Shown: in pieces, positions 19,401 to 28,219 of the stretch
How positions within the stretch are numbered: the first letter of the stretch is position 1
How the letters are laid out: each line of letters starts with the position of its first letter
Origin: a virus
Taxonomy: Duplodnaviria; Caudoviricetes
DNA: 31,155 bases
Virus record (IMG/VR): IMGVR_UViG_3300044723_009044
Span: 1-31,155 of that record
Direction: 5' to 3' (one strand)
Position numbers and translations under genes: made by a program
Notes under the pieces: model-generated
Told to the model about the DNA's origin: nothing
Database searches by the model: none
What the model saw: the letters and a program-made list of their open reading frames with translations, nothing else

Positions 19401-21671
19401 TTTACGGCTATTGACGATATTACTTCAAACGCAAGAGGACATGTTACGGAGGTTAATACAAAAACAGTTACGATTCCATCTTTACCAACCTTGGATAACT
19501 ATCAATATTGGACAATAAAAGATAGCGCTGCAACATCCCTTAATGTTAATACAACTGACACTATAGAATTTTTAGGTAAAGTTGGGATGGATGTAGTATT
19601 AGATACTACTGGTGATAATGGTAAATTAAATATAACTAATATCGATAGAGGGTCTTCTCAGAATATATTCAAAAATATTGCGATTATTAATACAGAAAAT
19701 ACTACACTTCACACTGCAGTAGCAGATACAAATGATGATACATTTAATATTAAACAAGGTAATGATGGAATAACTTTAGGCGGGTCCGGCGAGGATGATA
19801 ATGTAATTATTTCCCACTACACTCCAGACACTGTAGCATCGGACGTGACGTCGACTAGCAGAACTTACGTAAAATCTATCTCTTTTGATGACTTTGGTCA
19901 TGTTACAGCTGTTGCAACAGGCTCTGAAAGTGTAGTTAATACCAACCAGAAAACAATATGGTATCTTGAAGATAATGACGGCACTGAGAGAACAATAAAG
20001 CATAATACAGAAGTAAAATTTGTTAACGATGGCGGTATTAGCGCGGAGTGGGATGGCGGTACTGGAACAAACAATAATCCGTATGATTTAGATTTTAAAA
20101 TAACAACTAGTGTAACAGCTGGCGACGGGTTAAGTGGAGGCGGCGTGTTAAGTTCGAGTAGGACACTGAATGTCGGCGCAGGTACCGGTGTTACTGTTAA
20201 CAATGACGATGTGGCTATTGGGCAAGCAATCGGTAAAAATGATCATCCTGAATTTGTTGATATTGATCTTTATGACGTGCATGCCGAAGACGGTCTTGGA
20301 GTCGTTAACTTTTCACAGCACACAAGAAACAATGTGCACAGGCCAGTATTTTTAAATATTGTTAATAACGATACCGTAGCCACCACTAGTGGAAACATAA
20401 TTGGAGGAATTCACTTCCTCGCTGAGGATGATGAGACGACTGCTATTGGTAACTTGGAGTCACTTCCAAAATATGCAGCTATAGATGGAGGTTATAACTC
20501 TCCTGATCATGATTCCAGAAATGGCTATATAAGAATGTATGTAGCATCTAATACTGAGGGCACAGGTGCTAACTTGCCAGTTTTTGATGCAGAAGGAGGA
20601 ACTAGCGGTGATACTATTGTGCGCGGATACGATGGTGTGCACGTCAGAGCTCAAAATGAAATAAGATTAACAACCTTTAATACATCTACTAATCCGGCAG
20701 ATACCGGAGATATTTTTATTGAGCCGGAAGGGAAAACAGTACATTTTCGTGGCGATGCGCTAGAAAGTGCTGCAATAAAAATGCAGTTGGATACCGGAAG
20801 CCAGTCACTCAGTTCAACTGATGAGTTAACTATTGCCGCGGCGAATACGTCTGGTACTACTGGAAGTCTTAATCTAGATGCCTCTACCTATGTGCGTATC
20901 AGGCCAAATCAAGGTAAAGTCTTTTTTAACGATGGCGGGTTGGCTGGATCGCAAATAGAATTTGAGTTAGGTAGCTTGTCCCAAACGATCAAGGCTAGCG
21001 ATGTATTAAATATTCAAAGCGGCCCGTACGATGATATCAATTATATATCCGGCAGCGATGCTCAGCAAGGTACTCACAACTTCCGTGGTCAGTTGGAAAT
21101 TCAAGACCATTTTGGCAACGCCGGGGGCTTTATAAAATTTGGCGCGCGAAATACGAGCCTCGGCTCCAGCAACCCAGCATATTGGCGTCATTTGGAGATT
21201 GGGGCGCAGACCCAAGACCCTGAAATAACTGTTTACGAACGCGGAGTCGCAATAACAAATAGTCTTTACGTAGGTGCTGAGCAGCCATCATCGCTTCCAG
21301 ATAATGAAATCAGAGCTGAAGGGGATATTACAGCTTTTTATTCTTCCGATATTCGGTTAAAAGAAAATATTAAAGTAATTCCGAATGCAATTGATAAGAT
21401 TAAATCTATTCGCGGAGTAGAATTTGATTGGACTGATGAGCATTTAGAAAGCCGCGGTGGTGCTGATGGATATTTTGCTAAGAAGCACGATGTTGGAGTT
21501 ATTGCTCAAGAGGTAGAAAAAGTACTACCTGAAGTAGTTGGTGAAAGAAAAGATGGTACATTAGCAGTAGAATACCAAAAAATGGTAGCATTGTTAATAG
21601 AAGGCATGAAAGAACAACAAGAGCAGATTAATTTATTAAAACAAGAAATAAAAAATCTTAGGAATAAATAA
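16398..21671 (+). CDS. Long tail fibre with C-terminal peptidase S74 intramolecular chaperone
   Basis: Gly/Thr/Asp-rich beta repeats, RIPAGTTNQRP..GQIRYN..FEGY module, and C-terminal YSSDIRLKENI..GVIAQEVEKVLPEVV..VEYQKMVALLIEGMKEQ (S74). ATG at 16398 preferred over TTG at 16392. Confidence 0.88.
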   Translation: MPNAKIGKVNLSDTINTQRLRFNQLIDSVGSVSLSSVNQTAGRNTFTGSYPTVGEALKEHEARLDSADIIEVRTPRIIAFDDTYDNTLAGDVYMQSDVDISGNLQLDGNLQVDGTLTVDGVVTMKAGSSGSVTLGDDNTDNVVFEADVNSSIIPNTDDAFDIGSSLQEWRHLYVDGTGYIDEISADSATIGTMKVTDLTDNRIVIAGTSGELEDDANFTWDGDIFNVEGITTLDSTTVDGPLEVTGNTDLDGTLTVDGLTNMNSNLVLDTNDINDVTNVYLKDAIIHSGDDDTKINFGDNTIDLETAGVARIAITDTNVTISEDLTVEDSAYITGNLAIGGNVQIDGTLTVDGVVNMKAGSSGTVTLGDDDTDNVVFDADINSNIIPNTTNEFDLGSSTKEWKHGYFDGTVHADNLAADSATITGNLDVQGITTLDSATVDGTLDVTSNLNVDSNLNVNGITTLDSTTVDGTLHITGAVTSDGTAFAIAAGTGTDDPVTLGDTINFQGGQSITTTVSNNNIKIDGDFATTTSKGVAQFSSDNFSVTSGVVTIKDNGVALGTETTGNYMSGISGTANEITVSHTPGEGSSATISLPDDVTIGRDLGVTRNLAVTGTFSVSGTTTFAGDTRYAAAYLIVNDEVSVVNTNRAGIKVDRPSTTDAVLQWNELGDYWEAGTVDGQLRLALQHDSAAFSNIYQTGTGATRIPAGTTNQRPTAAQGQIRYNTSNNSFEGYSGTSWGSLGGLIDQDQDTYIISEISSGADSDTLQFYASGIKTATANSTNLTALKDFYVEGFSYLDSAIVDGDLEVSGNLTVSGTATYVNTETIELADNFILLNSNATGVPANSANVGIEINRGTSTNTQLRWNELGDYWTVGEGNDPSYSRIATSGWLNAGGGLSYDASTGEFAHSDTSAQLSVSKSGNTFIQDITLDDYGHITNIGTNSVTIGNATITLAAGSDLHFDETDRTFTTNQSTNQTLTIDHDNITRTNSTNTGTPAFGDTFTAIDDITSNARGHVTEVNTKTVTIPSLPTLDNYQYWTIKDSAATSLNVNTTDTIEFLGKVGMDVVLDTTGDNGKLNITNIDRGSSQNIFKNIAIINTENTTLHTAVADTNDDTFNIKQGNDGITLGGSGEDDNVIISHYTPDTVASDVTSTSRTYVKSISFDDFGHVTAVATGSESVVNTNQKTIWYLEDNDGTERTIKHNTEVKFVNDGGISAEWDGGTGTNNNPYDLDFKITTSVTAGDGLSGGGVLSSSRTLNVGAGTGVTVNNDDVAIGQAIGKNDHPEFVDIDLYDVHAEDGLGVVNFSQHTRNNVHRPVFLNIVNNDTVATTSGNIIGGIHFLAEDDETTAIGNLESLPKYAAIDGGYNSPDHDSRNGYIRMYVASNTEGTGANLPVFDAEGGTSGDTIVRGYDGVHVRAQNEIRLTTFNTSTNPADTGDIFIEPEGKTVHFRGDALESAAIKMQLDTGSQSLSSTDELTIAAANTSGTTGSLNLDASTYVRIRPNQGKVFFNDGGLAGSQIEFELGSLSQTIKASDVLNIQSGPYDDINYISGSDAQQGTHNFRGQLEIQDHFGNAGGFIKFGARNTSLGSSNPAYWRHLEIGAQTQDPEITVYERGVAITNSLYVGAEQPSSLPDNEIRAEGDITAFYSSDIRLKENIKVIPNAIDKIKSIRGVEFDWTDEHLESRGGADGYFAKKHDVGVIAQEVEKVLPEVVGERKDGTLAVEYQKMVALLIEGMKEQQEQINLLKQEIKNLRNK
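16726..17628 (+). repeat. Two ~68-aa internal repeats in the tail fibre
   Basis: DGTLTVDGVV(T/N)MKAGSSG(S/T)VTLGDD.TDNVVF.AD.NS.IIPNT...FD.GSS..EW.H.Y.DGT at ~16726-16928 and ~17424-17628. Confidence 0.85.
18389..19013 (+). repeat. 25-bp perfect direct repeat, copies 600 bp apart
   Basis: ATGGAATGAACTTGGAGATTATTGG at 18389-18413 and 18989-19013, encoding WNELGDYW. Confidence 0.9.
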
Positions 21672-21943
21672 TGGCTGTTTCTAGAAGTTTAGTTGTAGAT
21701 TCTGATTCTAAAATGATATTAATAGATAACGTTTATGAGAATAGTAGTATGTGCCTTATAGAACATCGTGTTTATAATAATCTTGATCATGATATTCCTA
21801 TTAGATTTTTAAATCTTGAGTTTGACTTTAAAATAGTTGATTCTGATCTTTTGTCTGATTCTGATTTTCAAAGAAAGGATTATATAAGAAAGTATTATGA
21901 TTCTGATTTAAATCCGGTCTATTTAATTAACCAATCATATTAG
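21671..21943 (+). CDS. Hypothetical small protein, DSD-rich
   Basis: 90 aa, TAATG-coupled to the fibre gene; five DS dipeptides. Confidence 0.6.
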   Translation: MAVSRSLVVDSDSKMILIDNVYENSSMCLIEHRVYNNLDHDIPIRFLNLEFDFKIVDSDLLSDSDFQRKDYIRKYYDSDLNPVYLINQSY

Positions 21944-21963
21944 ATATAATAACAAGGTTTTAT

Positions 21964-23121
21964 ATGTTACTTCCATTTGGCAACTCAAACGATTTTAATG
22001 ATATAATCGCGTTAATCCACGCAGATTGTTTGAGATTGGTTGTAAACGCGCAACCAATACACTTTCCTGATATTGATAATTCGACGAATAATATACAAGG
22101 TTATAAGGCATTAGATGTTTTAAAAAACGGTGAATATACCTTAAACGGCGTTTTACAATTTCTCGATTTTATTGCATTTGACTACCGGATTATGCCTGCT
22201 GTAGGAGAAACTGATCCACTTACCGGAAGAGATGGCACATATTTTAATGAACTATTAAAACTTTATTTAAATCATTTAAATGATTCTAGAATTGATAGAA
22301 TAAACAATAATAATGGATTAAATATATCCTTTGATGATATAAGAGATGAATATGAGAATCCCAATTCTATAAGCCTAAGTGAACACTACAACGTTACCGT
22401 TAATGGCCCTGCGGTTGGAGGAAGTAACCCTGTTCCTACATCCGGGGCTATTTCCTTAAATAATTTTTATGGTACTAGAAAATATAGATCAGCGCAAAAA
22501 GATATACCTGGTTTTAATCCAGATTCGTCACGATACGGGTTTAGCGCTACTGGGCAAAGGCGATTGTGGACGCATTATCCTAAAGATATAAGTCTATCGG
22601 GTAGCGGTTTAACTACTGTACCTACTTTATATAATAACCATCCTGTTATAACATCAACAACCGATGGAATGTGGCTTGTAAAAGAGGTTCCAATCGACTA
22701 TTTCTATATGAACCCTGATCATTATAATAAAAGCAACGCTAGAATAACTATATCAGCAGGTAATGATATTAAATTTGTTGTTGGCCCAGATAGCGACGGG
22801 GGCTCTTATATTCAAATTAGAAATATAGGTTTTCGAATAAGGGAGTATAGCGAGGATTTGGTGCTAGAGGATTTTAGAATGGATGAAGTGCTTGTCCAAT
22901 TAAATGGGCCGTCACACACAAGGTATCTTATAGGCGGCAATGCTGCTCATACAATTCCCGCCGGTTCAGCTAACGTGCTAACTGAAACCTTTATTCCAGG
23001 AGCAGAAGATGGGTTATATACAATAAGCATTGTATTTGATTATTATCAATCAAACGTATATACTGATGCTGATTTGTACATATCTACTGGTGGTTTTAAT
23101 ATTGCGTGGGGCAACGCATAA
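21964..23121 (+). CDS. Putative tail-fibre tip/adhesin protein
   Basis: Internal ISFDDIRDEY..ISLSEHY..VPTSGAISLNNFYG motif, typical of proteins encoded after S74-chaperoned fibres, followed by a beta-rich C-terminal domain. Confidence 0.55.
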   Translation: MLLPFGNSNDFNDIIALIHADCLRLVVNAQPIHFPDIDNSTNNIQGYKALDVLKNGEYTLNGVLQFLDFIAFDYRIMPAVGETDPLTGRDGTYFNELLKLYLNHLNDSRIDRINNNNGLNISFDDIRDEYENPNSISLSEHYNVTVNGPAVGGSNPVPTSGAISLNNFYGTRKYRSAQKDIPGFNPDSSRYGFSATGQRRLWTHYPKDISLSGSGLTTVPTLYNNHPVITSTTDGMWLVKEVPIDYFYMNPDHYNKSNARITISAGNDIKFVVGPDSDGGSYIQIRNIGFRIREYSEDLVLEDFRMDEVLVQLNGPSHTRYLIGGNAAHTIPAGSANVLTETFIPGAEDGLYTISIVFDYYQSNVYTDADLYISTGGFNIAWGNA

Positions 23122-23175
23122 GTAGAGTGCTGTGTTATAGATGCCCTATTTAAAAAATTAACAAATTCAATTAAT

Positions 23176-23183
23176 TATAAATA
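23176..23183 (+). promoter_or_regulatory. T4-type late promoter
   Basis: Exact TATAAATA in the intergenic region. Confidence 0.8.
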
Positions 23184-23241
23184 ATGTAAAATAGCGGCAG
23201 GGTGCGATTGTGTACCGACAAGTGAATCAGCGAGGAATTCT

Positions 23242-23595
23242 ATGGCCCAGTATGAAGAATTTACCATCGACCAGGGTGCCGATGTTGCAATAGAAGTGCA
23301 TTTAGTTGCCTTAGACGGGTCTAAAAAAGACTTATCAAACCATACGGTTTCTGCCAAGCTTAAAAAATCTTATAATAGCGATACTGAAGATACTATTGAA
23401 TTTAATAGTATTGTAGTCAGCCCTGCTACTGACGGTAAAATAAACCTCAGTCTCACTAATACTCAAACAGACTCTTTAAAACCTGGCCGTTATGTGTATG
23501 ACGTTGAATTAGCGTATCTGGACGATGATAATAATACAATTATTGAAAGAATACTAGAGGGAAGAGCTCAAGTAACTCCTTCGGTCACTCGGTGA
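23242..23595 (+). CDS. Conserved virion structural protein (BppU N-terminal-like Ig fold)
   Basis: IDQGAD..GKINLSLTNTQTDSLKPGRYVYDVE..RILEGRAQVTPSVT is widely conserved in T4-like marine phages; GAGG RBS upstream. Confidence 0.75.
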   Translation: MAQYEEFTIDQGADVAIEVHLVALDGSKKDLSNHTVSAKLKKSYNSDTEDTIEFNSIVVSPATDGKINLSLTNTQTDSLKPGRYVYDVELAYLDDDNNTIIERILEGRAQVTPSVTR

Positions 23596-23599
23596 TATA

Positions 23600-24514
23600 A
23601 TGTCTGATAAGTATGTAGTCAAAGTTAATAAAACCCCAGAAGTAAAAATATCTGAGAGTACAACACTGGTAAAGCAGATAAAGGTTGGAACTCCGATCAG
23701 CTCTGTCGACCGTGCCTCCTATGACGCTACAACGTTAGGTGGAGATTCTCCTGGATCTTTTAGAGACTGGCGCCTACTTACTAATAAGCCAGACAATATT
23801 GTTCTTACTCAAGTAAATGATAATCCAGGCGATTCTGGAGGTATTATAGTATCTGGTAGCATCTTACCAGATACTGATATAGCGTATAATTTAGGATCTC
23901 CTAATAAAAGGTTTAAAGAACTATTTCTAGCAGGAGAAACAATCTTTCTAGGTGGAACTGTTTTAGCTGATGCTGGAGGAGGGCAATTAGCGGTTGGCCC
24001 TGCTCCTGTAGAAGGACAACCTGTAGACTCTAGTTTACTAGTACCTTTATCTAAATTTGATTCAAATAGAACTATTGATACTATAAACGATTGGATCCGA
24101 GGCGATAATTTTACTTTTGATTCCACTGAAACTCAGCCAGGTTTATTAGACTTTTTTGATTCTAATTATGTTTTACAGAGAGTTGCTGGAGTTGGCTTAG
24201 TTGAAATAGATGAAGGTGGAGGAGACGCCGATAACGTCGCTGAGCAAATTGATACTTTTGATGTTGGTGAGATAAGAACAGTAAAGTACGTAATTTCAAT
24301 TACCGATGGTAACTTAAAAAATCAATCAGATGAAATATTATTGACGCATAATGGTAATGAAGTATTCATGCTAACATATGCTACAGTAAAAACTCAAGAT
24401 TCCGACTTGGTAAATTACAATGCTTTAATTGATGGTACTACTTGTGCTTTAACTGCAAATGTATTAATATCTAGTCTTGATATTAAAGCAAAAAGAATAA
24501 CAGTTGGAACGTGA
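23600..24514 (+). CDS. Virion structural/fibre-associated protein
   Basis: SILPDTDIAYNLGSPNKRFKELFL fibre motif and C-terminal IDTF..RTVKYVI..EILLTHNG..YA domain common in cyanophage-like structural proteins. Confidence 0.65.
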   Translation: MSDKYVVKVNKTPEVKISESTTLVKQIKVGTPISSVDRASYDATTLGGDSPGSFRDWRLLTNKPDNIVLTQVNDNPGDSGGIIVSGSILPDTDIAYNLGSPNKRFKELFLAGETIFLGGTVLADAGGGQLAVGPAPVEGQPVDSSLLVPLSKFDSNRTIDTINDWIRGDNFTFDSTETQPGLLDFFDSNYVLQRVAGVGLVEIDEGGGDADNVAEQIDTFDVGEIRTVKYVISITDGNLKNQSDEILLTHNGNEVFMLTYATVKTQDSDLVNYNALIDGTTCALTANVLISSLDIKAKRITVGT

Positions 24515-24520
24515 TAAACA

Positions 24521-24528
24521 TATAAATA
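24521..24528 (+). promoter_or_regulatory. T4-type late promoter
   Basis: Exact TATAAATA upstream of the 24566 ORF, with an AGGAG RBS downstream. Confidence 0.8.
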
Positions 24529-24565
24529 AAGGTAATATTTGTCATGAATAGGAGTCTCTAAGCAT

Positions 24566-24874
24566 ATGGCTATTAAACAAAAGTTTGTTATAAGAACAGG
24601 TTTAGATGTCACAGACTCTGCAGTATTTCGTGGTTCGTTACAAGTTGGAGAATTAAGTTATCCAACCGTAGACGCAGACTCAGCGGGATCTGTAATGACA
24701 ACAGATGGCGAAGGGAACCTATCCTTTAGTAAGGTTAGGTTTGAAAATTTAAATATAGACTTTACAAGTTTAGCAGATGGTTCATTAATTATCTATGATT
24801 CGGCGAGTGACAAATGGGCAGCAGGAAATGAACTGGGTAATGTAGAAATAAGTCAAGACGGGGGCTTTTATTAA
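24566..24874 (+). CDS. Small fibre/adaptor structural protein
   Basis: KFVIRTGL N-terminus, YPTVD..GSVMTTDGEGNLSF and DGSLIIYDSASDKW fibre motifs; ends QDGGFY. Confidence 0.68.
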   Translation: MAIKQKFVIRTGLDVTDSAVFRGSLQVGELSYPTVDADSAGSVMTTDGEGNLSFSKVRFENLNIDFTSLADGSLIIYDSASDKWAAGNELGNVEISQDGGFY

Positions 24875-27800
24875 TGGCATCTATAATTAAGATAAAAAGA
24901 TCGGGTACTAGTGGCGCCCCATCGGCTTTACGAAACGGAGAAATGGCATACAGCTATGCTGACCATTCAGTCGTATCCGGTGGTGATAGACTATATATCG
25001 GCACAGGAACTGAAACGGCAGGTGTAGCAGCCAATATTGAAGTTATTGGTGGTTCATATTTTACTGATAAACTAGATCATGCTTTAGGTACACTTACAGC
25101 TTCAAGTGCACTTTTAGTTGACGCTAATAGTAAGGTAGATAACTTTAAAGTTGATGATATTGACATCGACGGATCAACTATCTCTATTACAGCTACTGAC
25201 ACTGCTCTTACCCTAACCCCCAACGGTACAGGCGCGGTTAATGTTCCAGCTGGATATAAAGATAGAACAGGCTTCGGTACAAACTCTCTTACCACAAAAG
25301 AATATGTTGACTTTATTGCTGGCGCCAAGACAATCGATATTGCTGGTGATACTGGTACTGATGTAGTTAATATCGCTGATTCTGATCTTAGCTTCTTGGG
25401 TACAAGCGGTATTTCAACCGCAGTTACTAATAATACAATAACTATTAGTGGTGACTTAGCTACAACTTCAGCGGTTGGTGTTGCATCGTTTGCATCAGCT
25501 GACTTTGACGTGTCTGGTGCTGGTGAAGTTACTCTTTCCGACACTACGGTAACTCCAGGTTCATATGGCTCTGCTTCTGCTATTCCAACGTTTACAGTAG
25601 ATCAAAAGGGTCGCTTAACCGCTGCTGGTACTCTTGATATTTCAACAGATCTTACTATCCGCGGTGATACTGCCGATAGTGATACAGTAAATCTTCTTGA
25701 CTCTGCTCTAAACTTTACAGGCGCTGCAGGTCATGTAACTGCAACTGTTAGTAACAATACAGTATCTTATGCCTTAGATACAACTGCTGTATCAGCTGGA
25801 TCATATGGTTCAACCACAGCGATTCCAACATTTACTGTTGATACTTTTGGTCGCTTAACAGCAGCAAGTACAGTTAATATTGCTACCACTTTAGACATTA
25901 CAGATGGTACAAACAACAGTGATGTTGATCTGTTATCAGATACATTAACATTTACCGGTGGCACTGGATTAACCTCTACTGTAGGTACTGACGAGGTAAC
26001 ATTTGACCTAGACAATACCGCTGTGACAGCTGGTACGTATGGTACAGGTTCGTTAATCCCCGTACTTACAGTTGATGCTCAAGGTCGAGTTACAAATGCT
26101 ACTACAGCTTCTATCTCAACTGATCTTGGTATTTCAGGAGATACTGGAACTGACACTGTAAATCTTCTAGATTCTAATCTTACATTTACTGGCGGTACAG
26201 GAATCGCAACTGCTGTAACTGACAACGTAGTTACAGTTAGCGGTACAGATGCATCTACTACAGCAAAAGGTGTTGCTAGCTTTGTATCAACAGACTTCTC
26301 TGTAAGTTCAGGAGCAGTTAGTATTGCTACTGGTGGAGTTTCGAATACTCAGTTAGCAGGGGCAATTGCAAACAGTAAGCTTGTAAATTCAACGACAACA
26401 TTTACAGGTGATGATGCTAATACAACTGATGTATCGCTTGGTTCAACAATTGACATTGCCGGTGGAGAAGGTATTACAACTTCTGTATCTTCTGGTACTG
26501 TTACAATTGCTACTGAAGAAGCTACAAGTTCTAATCTTGGTACTGCATCATTTAGCACTGATAACTTTGAAGTCACGGCTGGTCATGTGGCAATTAAGAC
26601 CGGAGGTATTGCTGATAGTGAACTTGCTACTACTTTAGATCTTACTGGTCATTCTGTTACATTTGCTAATAACGAAATTAGTAATGCTGAATTAGCTAAC
26701 TCAACTATTGAGATTTTAGGCAATACAATATCACTAGGCGGAAGCATTGATTTCGATACCGACAGCGTAGCTGAAGGCTCGACTAATCTTTACTTTACAA
26801 ACGCAAGAGTCACATCGCCAGCCAGACAAGCTATTTCTGTTACTGACGCTGGTGGCGATGGATCTTTAGCTTATAACAGCTCAACCGGTGCTATTACATA
26901 CACTGGTCCAAGTGCGGCTGAAGTAAGAGCGCATTTTGCTGCTGGTACTGGCGTAACATACACATCAGGTACTGGTACCTTTGCAATTGGACAAGCAGTA
27001 GGCACTACTGACTCTGTTACATTCTCTGGTGCTAACTTTACCAGCGATGTTGTTATTGATGGAGACCTAACAGTCCACGGTACTAACACGATAATCAATA
27101 CAACAACATTAGCTGTTAGCGATGCTATGATTCAAGTTGCTAATGGCAACGAGACATCTGATACTATTGATATTGGTTTCTTAGGTCACTATTCAGATGA
27201 TGGTACAACAAAAAGACATACTGGTCTTGTAAGAGATGCTACAGACGGAGTTTATCAACTATTTGATAATCTTGATCAAGCAGGTTTAGATTCTACAGAT
27301 CCTGATACTGAAATTAATGTATCCGATGCTTCATATCAATTTGCAGATCTTAGAGTTGGCACCATTACTGCTGATGCTTTCGTTGGTCCAAGTGACAATT
27401 TTAATACTCAGTTTGCTCAGAGAACTACTGATAGCTTAAGCGAAGGCCTTTCTAACCTTTATTATACTACTGCTCGCGTCGATTCAGACATGGAAGATAT
27501 CTTAACACCTGGTACTGGTATTAGTATCACTCCAGGCAGTGGTATTATTACAGTTGCCGGCACGGATGCTGCAGCCGATGGTTCTACGAAGGGTATTGCA
27601 ACCTTTAATGCTACACATTTTAGTGCTTCTTCTGGTATTATTAGTGCCGATGATGTTACGCTTTCCGCGCAAACCGGTACAGCGGCTGCAACTCTTGGTG
27701 AAACATTTACTATCCAAGGGGAAACCACTGATAACACTATTACCACTGCAGCAACCGGTACTACATTAACTATTAGCGCGGCCATAGCATCTGCCACCCA

Positions 27801-28152
27801 AAAAGGTGCTGCTAGCTTTAGCTCCGCTAACTTTACAGTTAATACTGGTGTAGTAACTTCAAATGATATTACTTTTGGAACTGGTAGCTCAGGGACAGGA
27901 GCTCCTGGCGCAGGTACTAGTTTACAGCAAACGCTGGGTGAAACTCTTAATATTGTAGGCGACTGGCCTCAAGGTATTAGTACTTCAGGTTCAGGTTCTA
28001 CTATTACTATTACTGGTAGAAATGCTACAAGAACATCTAAAGGTGTAGCAAGCTTTGGTACATATGCTGATAGTGCTGGAGAAGGTACGAGACAGTTTAC
28101 ACTTACCAATGGTGATGTAGCACTTTCTACAATTGATGGCGGTACTTACTAG
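24874..28152 (+). CDS. Repeat-rich fibre protein with Mtd_N/hyaluronidase-N-like head
   Basis: MASIIKIKRS..LRNGEMAY..RLYIG head; Thr/Gly/Ser-rich repeats; ends IDGGTY. Confidence 0.8.
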   Translation: MASIIKIKRSGTSGAPSALRNGEMAYSYADHSVVSGGDRLYIGTGTETAGVAANIEVIGGSYFTDKLDHALGTLTASSALLVDANSKVDNFKVDDIDIDGSTISITATDTALTLTPNGTGAVNVPAGYKDRTGFGTNSLTTKEYVDFIAGAKTIDIAGDTGTDVVNIADSDLSFLGTSGISTAVTNNTITISGDLATTSAVGVASFASADFDVSGAGEVTLSDTTVTPGSYGSASAIPTFTVDQKGRLTAAGTLDISTDLTIRGDTADSDTVNLLDSALNFTGAAGHVTATVSNNTVSYALDTTAVSAGSYGSTTAIPTFTVDTFGRLTAASTVNIATTLDITDGTNNSDVDLLSDTLTFTGGTGLTSTVGTDEVTFDLDNTAVTAGTYGTGSLIPVLTVDAQGRVTNATTASISTDLGISGDTGTDTVNLLDSNLTFTGGTGIATAVTDNVVTVSGTDASTTAKGVASFVSTDFSVSSGAVSIATGGVSNTQLAGAIANSKLVNSTTTFTGDDANTTDVSLGSTIDIAGGEGITTSVSSGTVTIATEEATSSNLGTASFSTDNFEVTAGHVAIKTGGIADSELATTLDLTGHSVTFANNEISNAELANSTIEILGNTISLGGSIDFDTDSVAEGSTNLYFTNARVTSPARQAISVTDAGGDGSLAYNSSTGAITYTGPSAAEVRAHFAAGTGVTYTSGTGTFAIGQAVGTTDSVTFSGANFTSDVVIDGDLTVHGTNTIINTTTLAVSDAMIQVANGNETSDTIDIGFLGHYSDDGTTKRHTGLVRDATDGVYQLFDNLDQAGLDSTDPDTEINVSDASYQFADLRVGTITADAFVGPSDNFNTQFAQRTTDSLSEGLSNLYYTTARVDSDMEDILTPGTGISITPGSGIITVAGTDAAADGSTKGIATFNATHFSASSGIISADDVTLSAQTGTAAATLGETFTIQGETTDNTITTAATGTTLTISAAIASATQKGAASFSSANFTVNTGVVTSNDITFGTGSSGTGAPGAGTSLQQTLGETLNIVGDWPQGISTSGSGSTITITGRNATRTSKGVASFGTYADSAGEGTRQFTLTNGDVALSTIDGGTY
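25459..28070 (+). repeat. Interspersed protein repeats in the 24874 fibre
   Basis: Three copies of G(S/T)YG..IP..TVD..GR(L/V)T.A (~25558, 25798, 26032) and about six copies of A....(K)G.A(S/T)F....F.V..G. Confidence 0.8.
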
Positions 28153-28163
28153 ATATATAACAC

Positions 28164-28193
28164 AGTCGGATAGCTTTTTAGTTGTCCGACTTT
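28164..28193 (+). terminator. Intergenic stem-loop, possible weak intrinsic terminator or processing site
   Basis: AGTCGGATAGC-TTTTTA-GTTGTCCGACT forms an 11-bp stem with two G-U pairs, followed by a short T run. Confidence 0.5.
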
Positions 28194-28219
28194 AAATAAA
28201 CTCCTTTTTAGGGATTAAA

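Noticed and set aside
396-27797. Numerous short minus-strand and alternate-frame ORFs in the ORF track
   Set aside because: All overlap well-supported + strand structural genes, lack recognisable motifs, and are expected shadows of codon bias.
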